A stretch of DNA of 64,000 nucleotides. Origin: an uncultured Candidatus Saccharibacteria bacterium. Its GTDB lineage: Bacteria; Patescibacteriota; Minisyncoccia; Phycocordibacterales; Phycocordibacteraceae. Positions 40,490-53,800 of this stretch are shown here, piece after piece. Below the pieces are notes generated by a model that was given only the letters and a program-made list of their open reading frames with translations, did not search any database and was not told the origin of the DNA. How positions within the stretch are numbered: the stretch's first letter is position 1; each line of letters opens with the position of its first letter. Where the stretch lies: assembly GCA_964634305.1 (NCBI GenBank), contig CAZWLE010000002.1:921-64920 (forward strand), written 5' to 3'. Made by a program: the position numbers and the translations under genes.

Positions 40490-41320
40490 ATGGATGAGCT
40501 TACTATCGATGGGAAAATCTATGTATCGTCTAAACGGGCCGCTGCCATAACCGGGTATGCGAAGGACTACATAGGGCAGCTGTGCCGTGAGGGGCGTGTT
40601 GAAGCGAAATTAGTGGGACGCAGCTGGTACGTATACGAGCCGTCTCTCAAGAAGCATCGCTTTAATGATGAGGAAGAGCAGCCTGAGGTGCCAAAAGCAG
40701 AGACAGCGTGGGGAAGTCTTCCAACAGAAGAGCCAATACCAGCTCCTTCTTCTCCTGAACTATCCGAAAACACTAGTATTCAGGCCGTTTGGGATGCACC
40801 AACCTACGCAGCAGAGGAAGTAGAACCGCTGCCTGAACTTGAGCCAGTCGTTGAAGAACCAGCTCAAGAACCACTTACTGATATGCAGTCAGCGTGGCAG
40901 GAATGGTTTGCAAACCGCCCTGAAGAGGCGCCAGTAACCGAATTAGTGGCAGAAGAGGTTGTAGAAGCTCCTAGAGCTCCTGAAGAGTCAAAAGAAGAAC
41001 CTAAAGAGGCCCCTGTAGCAGAAGCAGTACCGTTGAAGGTCATTGTGAGCGATATACAGCCTGTACGGGAGGAACGTGTAGTACCTGCAGCCCCTGCTGT
41101 GCGAGTAGCGCCAGTAGCATCACCTGTACGTATCCTGCAGAGAAAGACGGTCAAAAAGGGAAATAATCGCCTTATGGAAGCAGCGCTTATCTTGGTTATG
41201 GTGGTGAGTGCATCAATAGCTCTCATTTCAACAGGCGCTATAGAGATGCTTCATGTTGGTGGTACCTCAAGCGTGCCTCCTATCCAATATCTTGAAGGTT
41301 CGATACTGATAGAAAGATAG
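40490..41320 (+). CDS. Membrane protein with an N-terminal excisionase/MerR-like HTH (HTH_17-like), an acidic Pro/Glu-rich linker and a C-proximal TM anchor. Its N-terminus is paralogous to that of the giant protein.
   Basis: SSKRAAAITGYAKDYIGQLCREGRVEAKLVGRSWYVYEPSL aligns with ISTRDASALSGYHSDYLARLCREEKIVGSRIGRSWVLDRASL of the 41864 gene. The TM is AALILVMVVSASIALISTGAI (nt ~41180–41245). Confidence 0.7.
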   Translation: MDELTIDGKIYVSSKRAAAITGYAKDYIGQLCREGRVEAKLVGRSWYVYEPSLKKHRFNDEEEQPEVPKAETAWGSLPTEEPIPAPSSPELSENTSIQAVWDAPTYAAEEVEPLPELEPVVEEPAQEPLTDMQSAWQEWFANRPEEAPVTELVAEEVVEAPRAPEESKEEPKEAPVAEAVPLKVIVSDIQPVREERVVPAAPAVRVAPVASPVRILQRKTVKKGNNRLMEAALILVMVVSASIALISTGAIEMLHVGGTSSVPPIQYLEGSILIER

Positions 41321-41402
41321 CCTATATATTGATTATCTCGTCTCGTATAAACGAGTAGCTAAAAATAGCTCAGGTACAGCGAAAACGTACTAAAGAGAAA
41401 AC

Positions 41403-41434
41403 GACCTGAGTAATTCAGGTCGGTTTCTTATTAT
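41403..41434 (+). terminator. Rho-independent terminator after the 40490 gene.
   Basis: GACCTGA gtaa TTCAGGTC followed by GGTTTCTTATTAT. Confidence 0.55.
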
Positions 41435-41633
41435 CGTCGTAGAAAATGTCATTACTGCGTAAATAAAGCGTGTTTTTAGTCTGTAGTTCACAAAAATAAG
41501 ACGTGCGTATGGATTATGAGAACAATCTACTCTGAAGCTCTCTTCTTTTGAACTCAATGACTGGTTGTGCAGAGACTTTTATAGCCGAGATTCTATATGG
41601 CTTATTTATTACTTATTTCGGATAGATTTTATG

Positions 41634-41861
41634 ACGCGTGTTTGTGATGTTTGTTCAGAAATTACATCCACAGACTCATTTTTGACTTCAAATGTTCTTT
41701 AAACACGCGTGAATGATGCTTGCGTAAGTACGTTGTTAAAACGTTTTGAAATATATTTTTTACTTCAACGTAGTTGCGTGAAATTTTTTTCATTTTATCC
41801 CCAAACTTTTCTAGGTACATGCGAATTTCACGCGATAAAATCTAGTTACTTCGGATATCCG
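41634..41861. promoter_or_regulatory. AT-rich leader of the giant gene carrying three perfect palindromic/inverted-repeat elements; candidate operator/promoter region.
   Basis: IR1 is ACGCGTGTTT (41634–41643) / AAACACGCGT (41701–41710). IR2 is GCGTGAAATT (41776–41785) / AATTTCACGC (41825–41834). A 10-bp palindrome CGGATATCCG (41852–41861) ends 2 nt before the ATG. Confidence 0.3.
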
Positions 41862-41863
41862 AC

Positions 41864-44800
41864 ATGTCATTGCTCCTTGATTCAAATCTAATTTCTACTC
41901 GAGACGCATCGGCGCTTTCTGGGTATCACTCCGACTATCTCGCGCGCCTCTGCCGCGAAGAAAAAATTGTTGGAAGTCGCATTGGTCGTTCATGGGTACT
42001 CGACCGTGCATCGCTTGATGCGTTTATACGCGACCAAGAGCTCGCAAAGAAAGAACATGCCGTTGCTCTTACTCGTCAGCGTGAGCAGGAATACCGTGAA
42101 GCACAGAAAGTACACGAGACTATCGCCGTTGTAGAGGCAGAACAGGCTTCAGAGACGCCTGTAGAGGCTCCTGAAGTAGTTTCTGTGCCTGTTACAACAC
42201 CCGTATCAGCACCAGAACGCTCGTACGTGCCGATTCCAAGTCCATACGCGGAGCTTCACCCGATTCGTAACAGTGCCGTTGCTGCTCTGATTGCAGTTGT
42301 TTCTGTTGGTAGTGGCTTGGTTGCTGCTGAGGCTCGCATTGTTGAGCATGTAGCACGCATTTCAGTAGAAAACGTAGCAATTGCTAGCGATATCGGATAC
42401 GAAGCGCTCGCATCTGCAGCTACAGCGACGCTCGCGTTTGAGACAGAACTTGGCCGTTCCATCATTAGTGGTGTCGATACCCTCGCTACTCTCACGCGCG
42501 CCGAGCATCAAAGCGACACGGCTGCCTCAATTCGCTTTGCCTATGACGCAGGGGCACTGCTCCATGCACCAACGCTCCAGACCATTCCGGAGGCACTGTA
42601 TGGAGCACAACTCTCAATCGGTACTACGCTTATCGGAACATCTGATGCAATACTCGCAGCGCATCACACCGGTACGAATGCATGGGTTGAGGGTAGCGAC
42701 ATTGTGCCGCGTCGCGTTATTGCTGCTATCTACGGCGTTGGTGATGAGTTCCAGCGTGTTGCACTTCTTGCACCGCACGCTGCTGCAACGACTGCAGATA
42801 CTGCTATTGTTGCGCTCGCCGGCGAGACGCGCACCGTTGCAAACAACGCCGTTGATGCGATTTCATCGTCGCGTGATGTATTCGCACGAGCATTCAACAC
42901 ACGATTGGTTGAGCCGCGCGCAACACTTGCAGCGGTACCGCATGAAGACACGTTGGGCCCTGCACGTGCGCTTGCACTCTTTACGTACGAAACACTCAAC
43001 AGCTTCTTTGACGCGACGAGTCGTACGCTCGCAATGCTTTTCGCACCGCTTGCGCCAAACGTTGCCTACGCACCAGAACTTACTGTGCCTGGTACAGGTA
43101 CCACTTCTGTCTCTCGCCAGGTCGTTGAAGTCAGCCGAGTAGTAAATGAAATAACGAACGTTACGTACTCAAGCCCGATTACCTACGTGTACGGTGGCGT
43201 CACTATGGAGTACGTTCGTGCGGCTATAGAGAACCTCCGCGATGACGTTGCTGATGCTGATTATGGCTCAGGGGATGGCGGCCTCGCAGACATCACTGGC
43301 TCCTCTATAGAAGAGCTTTCTGACGTGGGTACCATGGCTAAGACCTGGGGCGATTTACTCTTCTGGGATGGTACTGAGTGGTCGAACCTCGCAACATCAA
43401 GCCTTGGTATTACGGGTAGTGGTATTCCAGGTGGCGCACCAGGCTACGTGCAATACAACGTTGGTGGAAACTTTGGAGGTGACGCCGCTTTTACGTTTGA
43501 TGCTGCTGCAGACCGCCTCTCCTTTACGTACGGTTCGACCACCGCATTTTCAACGGGATTCCTGAATGCAACGAGCGCAGTCATCGATACACTCTCATCA
43601 ACGGTTGCAACGGTCACCAGTCTTATTGCAACGAATGCTACTACTACTAACGCAACGTCGACGAATCTCACAGCGCTTAACTCGTTCGCACTTGGTGCTG
43701 ACCGCATCACTGATCTCACCGGCTCAGGTCTAACAGTAACGGCAGGTGCGCTCGCTGTTGATGATGTAACGCCGGCGATGCTTCAAGCGGCAGACTTTGG
43801 TGATTTCACTTGTAACGGTACGTCATGTTCATTTGATGCGGACACAGTGTCTGACAGTGAGCTCGATTACGGCACGGTCACACTAACTGACTTCACCAAC
43901 GATGCAGGGTTTATCACTGGTATTGGTGCGTTCTCGATTGAAGACCTATCGGATGTTGCCGCGATGACAGAGAGCTATGGCAACCTTCTCTCCTGGAACG
44001 GGAGCGCGTGGACGAACATTGCGACCTCGACGTTGAACATTGCCCTCAGCAACACGACAGGCATTCTTCCTATTAGTAGAGGAGGCACCGGTACTTCTAC
44101 CGTTCCGACCTACGGACAGCTACTCGTAGGTGACGGCCTCGGGGGCTATGCACTACTTGCGACCTCTTCTCTGGGTATTTCCGGCAGCGGCGGTACGCCA
44201 GGTGGGCTTACAGGTCAGGTGCAGTTTAATAGCGCAGGTACGTTCGCAGGAGACACTGGCTTTACCTACGACGCAGCGGCTGACCGTTTGACTGTAACCT
44301 ATGCGTCTTCGACAGCCTTCTCCTCTATATATGCCTCGTCAACGAACGTATTTGCGGGGAATCTGACCGTTGGCTCACTCACGGGCATCTTGAAAGCTAC
44401 GGGCGGGGTAGTCTCTGCAGCGACTGCCGGTACTGACTATGAGAACCCCCTTACCTTTGCCTATCCTCTGACGCGCTCAGTGAATACTGTTTCTCTCGCG
44501 TTTGGTACCACGACGACTAACACCTGGGTACATCAAATCTTCTCGTCCCTCGTTGCAACAAATGCGTCTTCAACCAACGCCACGACGAGCCAGCTGGCCG
44601 TCACGTCACTGCCGTCACAGCTCCTACGCACGGATGGTACGGGACGCCTTGCAGGGACGACTATAGGTACGGGCCTTACCTTCGACGGTACGACGCTCTC
44701 AGCAACAGGTGGCGGCGGGACAGGTAACGTTTCAACCTCAAGCAGTGAGACCGCAGGACAGGTACCGTACTGGACGACCACGGCAGGCTCTCCAGCGCGT

Positions 44801-47800
44801 CTTGGTAGTGTTGCGACCACAACCTTTGCCGTTTCTGGTCCGTTTAACGTCTCTGGAAGCCTTGGCTCGCTCATTGGCGGTACGAACGCGACGATTTCAT
44901 ACTACGGCCTTGCTACTACCTCGAATATTAGTCAGGGTCAGGTGCTCTACGGCACGAGTGCTTCAGGGGTCGCCTCAGTTGCTACTTCAACACCAGCACT
45001 TTCTACGGCCTTTAGTTACTCTGGCACGCTTGGTTCGTTTGTAGGTGGAGCCTCAGGTACGCTCTCGCTTGCAAATAATGGTGTAGCGCTCACCAATCTT
45101 GCGCAGATTGCAGCGAACACTGTTCTCGCTAATCCAACGGGAGCAATCGGTAACGTGCAAGCGATTGCGACCTCAACCTTCTTTGGAACAGGCACCGGTG
45201 GCTACGTGCTTGCTTGGAACAACGGCGCACCAACGTGGGTAGGTACCTCATCTATACAAAACGGCGTCGCAGCAATAGGTCCTGCAGGACAGACACAGAC
45301 GGGTACGGTACTTATTGCTACGAGCACGAGCGGTACTGACATTACGGTAACGGCTACTGGTGGCACTATTACCTTTAATATCCCATCAGCATCCGCGTCT
45401 GCACGCGGTCTTCTTACCAGTACCGACTGGAACACCTTCAACAACAAGATTAGCTCTACCTCGCTCTCTGGTGGTACGGGTATTAGCTACAACAGTGGCT
45501 CAGGTGTCATCACCAACACCGGTGTTACTTCGCTCTCTGGTACGACCAATCAAATAACGGCATCTGCGGCTACCGGTGCGGTTACGGTCTCTCTTCCTGG
45601 TCTCGTCGCATTCCCGAACGCCTACACCGCAAGCTACGGCACTACCACCTACGCCTCTTCAACGGCGCTCTCCTCCGTATACGCATCGTCAACAAACGCA
45701 TCCTTTGGAAATCTTTCAGTTGGCACACTGACTGGTCCGCTCCAGGCTGTCAACGGCGTTGTCTCAGCATCGTCGACACTCTCTGTTGTATATGGCGGCA
45801 CTGGCTGGAACGCAGTGCAGTCTGGTGCGCTTTTGTACGGTAATGGCGCTGGTCGTTTAGCGACGACAACGCAAGGTACCGGTGGTCAGGTGCTTGCGTG
45901 GTTGAACGGTATCCCTACGTGGACTGCGACGTCCTCCATACAAAACGGTGTGTCTTCAGTGCAGCAGTCCTTTGGCGCTGCACAAACCGGTGCCATCACA
46001 CTCGCCACAAGCTCAGACACAAACGTGCTGCTCTCCATTACTAACTCTGGTGGCACCTTTACCTTTACTCCGTCGTGGACAGGTACGCTTGCGTACGGTC
46101 GTGGCGGTACAGGCACAACGACTGCGCCCGCAGGTCAGTTGTTGTATGGCGGTACGACAGCCTATCAGTCGGTGGCAACATCAACGGTTTCTGCAGGAAC
46201 GGGTATTGGGTTTACGGGTACGCCAGGGTATCTCGTGGGAGGAACTAATCTCACGATTACCAACAACGGTGTCACAAGTATAAGTGGCACCACTAACCAG
46301 ATAACGGCATCTGCTGGTACTGGTGCAGTAACGTTGTCGCTTCCAGGTCTCGTCGCATTCCCGAACGCCTACACCGCAAGCTACGGCACTACCACCTACG
46401 CCTCTTCAACGGCGCTTAGTGCGGCGTACGCTTCATCTACCAATCTCTTCGTCGGCAATTTCACTCTCGGTACGCTTAATGGTCCATTGCAAGCAAACAA
46501 CGGTGTCGTATCAGCGACTACCACTATTGGTGCGATTTATGGTGGTACTGGTCAGAGTAGCTACGCAGCAGGCGATCTTCTCTATGCAGATTCCGCGACG
46601 TCACTTGCACGTCTGCCAGTTTCAACCAACGGCTTGGTCTTGAAGCTAGTGGGTGGGCTACCAAGTTGGCAGCCAGACCTTACGACGGGTGGCGGTGGTG
46701 GTGCGGGAGCGTGGAGCACGACGACTGATAGTCTCGCAATTTACCCTTCAGATACCTCTGACGTGGTCATTATAGGAGCCTCGGCTACCTCCACCACAGG
46801 CAGCATCTTTGAAGTCGCAGGTCGTTCCTATTTCTCAAACACACTCAGTATCGGTACCACCTCTGGTTCATCGCTATTCCGTCTTGCGGTGCAGGGTAAT
46901 GGCCTTTTCTCCGGAAATCTTTCAACGGCGAATCTTACTGCGACGGGTACAGTATCAACGGCAAATCTTACTGCAACGGCGGCAACCACCACGTACCTAG
47001 GCATCAACAACGAAACCTTCACCGACCTCACTGGCACGGGTCTTCAGAACGTTGGTGGTGCGCTTACGATTAACGCTACCGGCGATTGGACAGGAACATT
47101 TGACGGACAGGAAGGCACCTATTATCTCAACCGCGCAAATCACACAGGCACGCAGCTTGCATCGACGATTTCTGACTTCGATGGTGCGGTCAATACCTAC
47201 ATCGCTGGTTCCACCACGATTCCAAAGACCTATAGCGCGAACACCTTCACCGGCGCTCAGGTATTTAGCAGCGGCGTTACTATAGGTACCCTTAATGGTC
47301 CTTTGCAGGCAAATAATGGTGTCGTTTCAGCTACGACGTCTGTTGGCGTCCTCTACGGAGGCACTGGTCTTACTACTGCACCAAGTTACGGGCAGATTCT
47401 CGTGGGCAATAGTAGTGGTGGGTATACCCTGACCGCTACCTCTTCACTTGGTTTGGTTACGAGCGCAGTTACCGCTATTGGTCCGGCAGGGCAGGCACAA
47501 ACGGGACCAACGGTAACGTTCGCGACGAGCTCAACGGCGTACAACGGTCTTACGGCGTCAACGACGATTACAGCAACAGGAAACACTATTACATTTGCTA
47601 ATACACTCGCTGGTCTCCTTGGTGTAGCAGGTGGCGGTACTGGTTCAACAACGTTGGGCGGTATTCTCACCGGTAACGGCACCGGTCAGGTAACGAGCGC
47701 GACGGTGTCTGCGCCCCTTAGCTTCAGTGGCAATACGCTCTCTATTTCGCAGGCCAATGGCTCGACCAACGGCTATCTTTCTTCAACCGACTGGAACACC

Positions 47801-50800
47801 TTCAACAACAAGATTAGCTCTACCTCACTTTCTGGTGCGTCAGTGATTAGCTACACCTCTGGTACTGGTGTCATTACAACGACCGGTGGCACGTTTGGCG
47901 CTGGTAACTACGTGTTCCCGTCAGCGCTCACGGTCCAGGGTGCCTCAAGCTTCCAGAACGCATCAACGACGAACTTGTCGGCTAACACGCTTGCGGTGGG
48001 CGGCACAGGTACTACAAGCGTGAGTGCAACGGGTGCACTCACGACACCATCACTCACCATTGGTTCTCTTACCGGTATTCTTAAAGCAACCGCTGGCCTC
48101 GTCTCGGTGGCGACCGGTGGCACTGACTACGAAAATCCGCTCACTTTCGTATATCCGCTCACACGTGCGGTTAACAGCATCTCGCTTGCGTTTGGTACGA
48201 CGACTGCAAACACATGGGGCGCTCAGCAAACGTTCAGTGGATTGTTTGCCACAAATGCATCAACGACGAACGCGACGACCACCTCGCTTGGCATCAACAA
48301 CGAAACCTTCACCGACCTCACTGGCACGGGTCTTCAGAACGTTGGTGGTGCGCTTACGATTAACGCTACCGGCGATTGGACAGGAACATTTGACGGACAG
48401 GAAGGCACCTATTATCTCAACCGCGCAAATCACACAGGCACGCAACTTGCGTCTACTATCTCGAACTTCGACGCCACGGTTAATGCGTACATCCATGGCT
48501 CAACGACAATCCCTAAGACATATACCGCAAATACATTCACTGCAGCGCAGGTATTTAGTGGTGGGGTAACCATTGGTACGCTCAACGGTCCTCTGCAAGC
48601 AAACAATGGAGTAGTGAGCGCGACTACGTCTATCGGTGTACTTTATGGCGGCACAGGCCTTACGACGGCGCCTACATACGGTCAGATTCTCGTGGGTAAT
48701 AGCTCTGGCGGCTACACGCTCACTGCGACATCCTCACTTGGTTTGGTAACGAGCGCAGTTACCGCTATTGGTCCGGCAGGGCAGACACAAACGGGACCAA
48801 CCATAACGCTTGCGACGAGCTCTACTGCATTCAATGGTCTGACAGCGTCTACGACCATAACTGGTACCGGGAATGTCATTACATTCTCAAACACCCTTGC
48901 CGGTGTGCTTGGTGTAGCAGGTGGCGGTACTGGTTCAACAACGTTGGGCGGTATTCTCACCGGTAACGGCACCGGTCAGGTAACGAGCGCGACGGTGTCT
49001 GCGCCCCTTAGCTTCAGTGGCAATACGCTCTCTATTTCGCAGGCCAACGGCTCGACCAACGGCTACCTCAGCAGTACTGATTGGAATACCTTTAATAATA
49101 AGATTTCTTCAACGTCGCTCTCTGGCGGTACCGGTATTAGCTACAACAGTGGCTCAGGCGTCATCACCAACACCGGTGTTACTTCGCTCTCTGGTACGAC
49201 TAATCAAATAACGGCATCTGCGGCTACGGGGGCAGTCACGCTCTCTCTCCCGGGTCTCGTTGCGTTCCCGAACGCATACACAGCAACATACGGCACCACT
49301 ACGTATGCCTCTTCGACGGCACTCTCAACTGTCTACGCCTCATCAACAAACGCATTCTTCGGCAATCTCTCTGTCGGTGCACTTACGGGTCCACTCCAAG
49401 CTCTCAACGGGACCGTAAGCGCATCGTCGACGCTCTCGGTTGCCTACGGGGGCACTGGCTGGAATAGCATTCAAGCGAATGCCGTACTCTACGGCAACGG
49501 CGCCGGACGCCTCGCAACGACATCTGCAGGCACGAACGGTCAGGTTCTTGCGCTAGTCAACGGCGTACCAACGTGGGTAGCAACGTCGTCGATAAACAAC
49601 GGTGTCTCCTCGATACGGCAAAGTTTCGGTGCTGCACAAACTGGTGCCATCACACTCGCCACAAGCTCAGATACAAACGTCTTGCTTTCCATTACTAACT
49701 CTGGTGGCACCTTCACGTTCGCACCAAGCTGGACGGGTCAGCTTGCGGTGGCTCGTGGTGGTACGGGCGCTGGGTCGTTTACCTCTGGTCAGCTGGTCTA
49801 TGGTGCAGGTACCGGAGCTCTACAAAGCGTAGCGACCTCAACCTTTGCGGTCTCTGGTCCATTTACTACCTCAGGTACGCTCGGTTCACTGGTCGGTGGT
49901 ACAAATGCGACGGTCACGTACTACGGTCTTGCAACTACTTCTGCTATTTCTCAAGGTCAGGTGCTCTACGCAACTGGTGCGGCAGGGGTTGCGTCCGTCG
50001 CTACGTCAACACCAACGCTCTCCGCAGCCTTTAGCTACTCCGGTACGCTCGGCAGCTTTGTAGGTGGAGTCAATGGCACGCTCTCACTCGCTACCAATGG
50101 TGTTGCGCTTAATAATCTTGCGCAAATTGCAGCAAACACGGTACTTGCAAATCCAACGGGGGCAACAGGGAACGTGCAGGCCATTGCCACCTCTACCTTC
50201 TTTGGTACGGGTACGGGTGGTCAGGTGCTTACGTGGAATAACGGGGTTCCTCAGTGGGTAGCAACGACGACGTATGCAAACGGTACCGGTATCTCTACAT
50301 CGTTTGCAAACGGACAACTTACGATAACGAACACTGGTGTTACGTCATTGTCTGGTACGACTAATCAAATAACAGCGTCAGCGGGCACGGGTGCCGTCAC
50401 ACTCTCACTGCCATCCTTGGTGGCATTCCCGAACGCATATACCGCAACATATGGCACCACTACGTATGCCTCGTCGACTGCGCTCTCGTCGGTGTACGCA
50501 TCGTCAACGAACGTCTTTGCAGGAAACCTCAGTATCGGCGCTCTTACCGGCATCCTCAAGGCAACGGCAGGCGTAGTGTCTACTGCGGTTGCGGGGACAG
50601 ACTATGTAGCTGGTGGAGCAGGTGCCGCTACGACCACGCTCTCCTTCAGTGGTCCATTCACTACGTCTGCAACGCCAGTAGTGTTTGGTTCCTCACCAAT
50701 TACGACAACGTACTATGGCCTTGCAACGACCTCAGCTATTTCTCAAGGTCAGGTGCTGTACGGCACCTCTGCCTCAGGTGTTGCTTCAGTTGCAACCTCT

Positions 50801-53800
50801 TCTGTGTCTGCGGGAACGGGGATTGGTTTTACTGGCACGCCAGGGGCGCTGGTTGGTGGAACGGCACTCACCATAACGAACACCGGAGTTACCTCGCTCT
50901 CTGGCACTACTAATCAGATTACTGCTTCTGCAGGTACAGGCGCTGTAACCCTTTCTATCCCGTCTCTCTTCTCCATACAGCAGGCATCAACGACGATGTT
51001 GTCATCAAATGGTCCTTTCTTTGTCGGTACCACCTCAACGACAACCATCTGGGGTAATGCAACATCGACGTTCTCAGGCGGCATCAATTTGACTAATGGT
51101 GGATGCTACGCCATTGGCGGAACGTGTATTGGTGCACTGGGTGCATCCGGTACCGTTAATAACGGTACAACAGGTCAGATTCCGTACTACGCTGCAAACG
51201 GAAATATTCTTACTGCCACCTCAAGTATCTTTATTGCAGCTAGTAGTGACGTAGGTATTGGAACGAACGCGCCTACTAACTACGGTGCAGGATATAGAAC
51301 ACTTGCGATAGATGGTGCAGCGTCGGGTGTGCTTGATGTGATGAGTAACGGTACGCTTTCCGGAACCCTCTATAACGATGGTTCGACGTTCCGTGTAGGA
51401 AATAGGAACCCAAGTGCATTTGAGCTTATTACTGACAATACACCGCGCCTTACCATAAGCGGCGGTGGTGATGTCACCATAAACGGTGGTTCGCTCACCA
51501 TCGGCACCCTCTCAGGCCTTTTGAAGGCAACGAACGGTCTTGTCTCCGCTGCCACCGCAGGCACCGACTACATCGCAGGGGGCGCAGGCGCTGCCACCTC
51601 TTCTGTCTCCTGTGCGGGTACCGCGTCCTGTACCAGCTTTGTCGCGTTCTCTGCAACCCCTATTACGATTACGGGCACCGGTCTTTCTGCATACGATGCG
51701 TGGACGCATCCCGCAGCAGGGCAGTCAGCAACGACGTCACTTATTCTTCTTGACGGCAACGCCTCAACCACACAGCTCTCTGCAACGCGTGCGTATTTTG
51801 GTGGTACGGCCACTTCAACGTTCACCGCTACCGGCGCACTTGGTATTGCCACTACCTCTCCTCAGGGATTACTGGAAATAGGCAATAACGATACGGGCAC
51901 CATTGGCGCATACATCACCAACGCGAATACGTCTATTGGTACGCCCCGAGCCTTACTCTCTATTCGTAATAACTACGCTGCTACCGGTCTCAACCTCTAT
52001 GCTCTAGGTTCTAGTCACTTTAATAACGGACGATTCCGCCAAGATGGCGCGCTCATAGAAGCTGGTTCTAGCCTCTCTGGTGGTCTCTCAATAGCAACAG
52101 AGACGACTGCGCCGATACGTTTCTATACTAATGGTGATAACGAACGTCTCCGTATTACAGAAACAGGACTCGTTGGTATTGGTACCACCTCCCCTCAATT
52201 CCTTCTTCAGCTAGCGGCTGCGACCAGCCCTCAACTCACGCTCTCAGACGGCTCCTTGACCGCTGCACCGTTCAATTTCCGTGCAATCAATAATACCCTC
52301 TATCTCTCAACGTCTTCTCCGACGACGTTCGCTACTACCTCGACTGCATTTGCCTCATTCAACAATACAACTGGCTCTACCAGTCTCCTCAAACTTGATG
52401 TTACGGGCAGTGCTACCTCATCTTTCGCTGGAGGTATTAATCTTACGACTGGCTGCTACGCCATCAACGGCACTTGTTTGCCAACCACTGCTGGTCTTGC
52501 GTCATACGACGCCTGGACGCATCCCGCAGCAGGGCAGTCAGCGACCACGTCTTTGATGTTGTTCAACGGTAATGCATCAACGACTCAGCTCTCTGCAACG
52601 CGTGCGTATTTTGGTGGTACGGCAACGACCACTATCACTGCCGCAGGCTTTGTGGGTGTCGGCTCCTCAACTCCGTGGGCACAGCTGTCAATCAATCCTA
52701 CGAGTGCAAATGGTTCCGCGCCGTCGTTTGTAATTGGTTCGTCTACGGGTACTCGATTTGTAGTCAGAAACGACGGTGCGGTCGGTATTGGTACTGCTGC
52801 GCCAACTGACGCACTGTATATCCAAGACCCTAATGGAAGAGGAATGACCATTAATCAGGGTTCTATCAGTCTCTTAAATCCATCAGGAAACGCCGGACGC
52901 CTTTCCTTTAATGGCGGTAGTGACACGAGCCGATTCTGGTTTAGTCCGAGCCACGAACAAAACTACATCTCATTTGACGATGTAGGTGATGGATATTCAC
53001 ACGTACTTGCAATTGAGGGAGGAGCAGGAACAGATACAGGACTGCTGTACTTCGACTCTAGTGAAAATCTGGGAGTTGCGACCAGCTCCCCATACGCGCG
53101 TCTCTCGGTCTGGGGCAATTCGACGGGGAAAATCTTTGAGGCAGTCACTGCTGCTTCCTCAAGCGCTCTGTCTGTCTCTGCAACTGGGTTTGGTACGACG
53201 ACCGTGTCAGGTCTTACGATTTCGGGTTCGGCAACCTCTACGTCGAACGTTGGTTTCAACATCACCACTGGGTGTTATGCCATAAACGGGACGTGTATCT
53301 CTGGGGGCGGAAGTGGCCTCTCTTCATACGACGCCTGGACTCACGCGTCTATCTATCAGTCAGCAACGACATCGATGATGGGCTTTGGTACGACGACGCC
53401 ACGATGGGCACTCCAAGTTGCGTCGTCAACCGCGCCGCAACTCACGCTTTCTGACGCTACTGGTGGTCATTGGTCATTCCGTTCTATTAATGGCAACCTC
53501 TACATCGCGACCTCAAGTGCTACGACCTTCGCGACTACGTCAACTACGGCACTGACGATTAACACGGTAGGCAATATAGGTATTGGTAGTAGTTCTCCAT
53601 GGGGTCAGCTTTCTATCAATGCGAACGGTGGCGTCACTGGTTCTAATCCTCTCTTTGCTATCGGTTCGTCGACATCAAATCTCCTTGTAGTTGATTACGC
53701 GGGTCGCATGGGACTTGGAACCACGTCGCCGTATGCGAAGCTCTCGGTCGTTGGTGAGACCGTATCTACCTTCTTTACAGCAACGTCGACGAGCGCCACT

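Noticed and set aside
41864-42340. N-terminal RIGRSW/VGRSW motif as a KxYKxGKxW-type Gram-positive signal-peptide extension.
   Set aside because: About 130 residues, including a well-formed HTH-like segment, precede the only hydrophobic helix. That is too long for a signal peptide, and the match to the excisionase/HTH_17 wing (GRxWR) is better.
42381-43142. 253-aa out-of-frame ORF, and many 60–180-aa ORFs on both strands inside the giant gene (e.g. 48024..48569, 44709..45044, 55076..55576).
   Set aside because: They are alternate-frame artefacts of a long repeat-rich GC-biased gene. The frame-1 giant ORF is continuous, and its modules are internally consistent.
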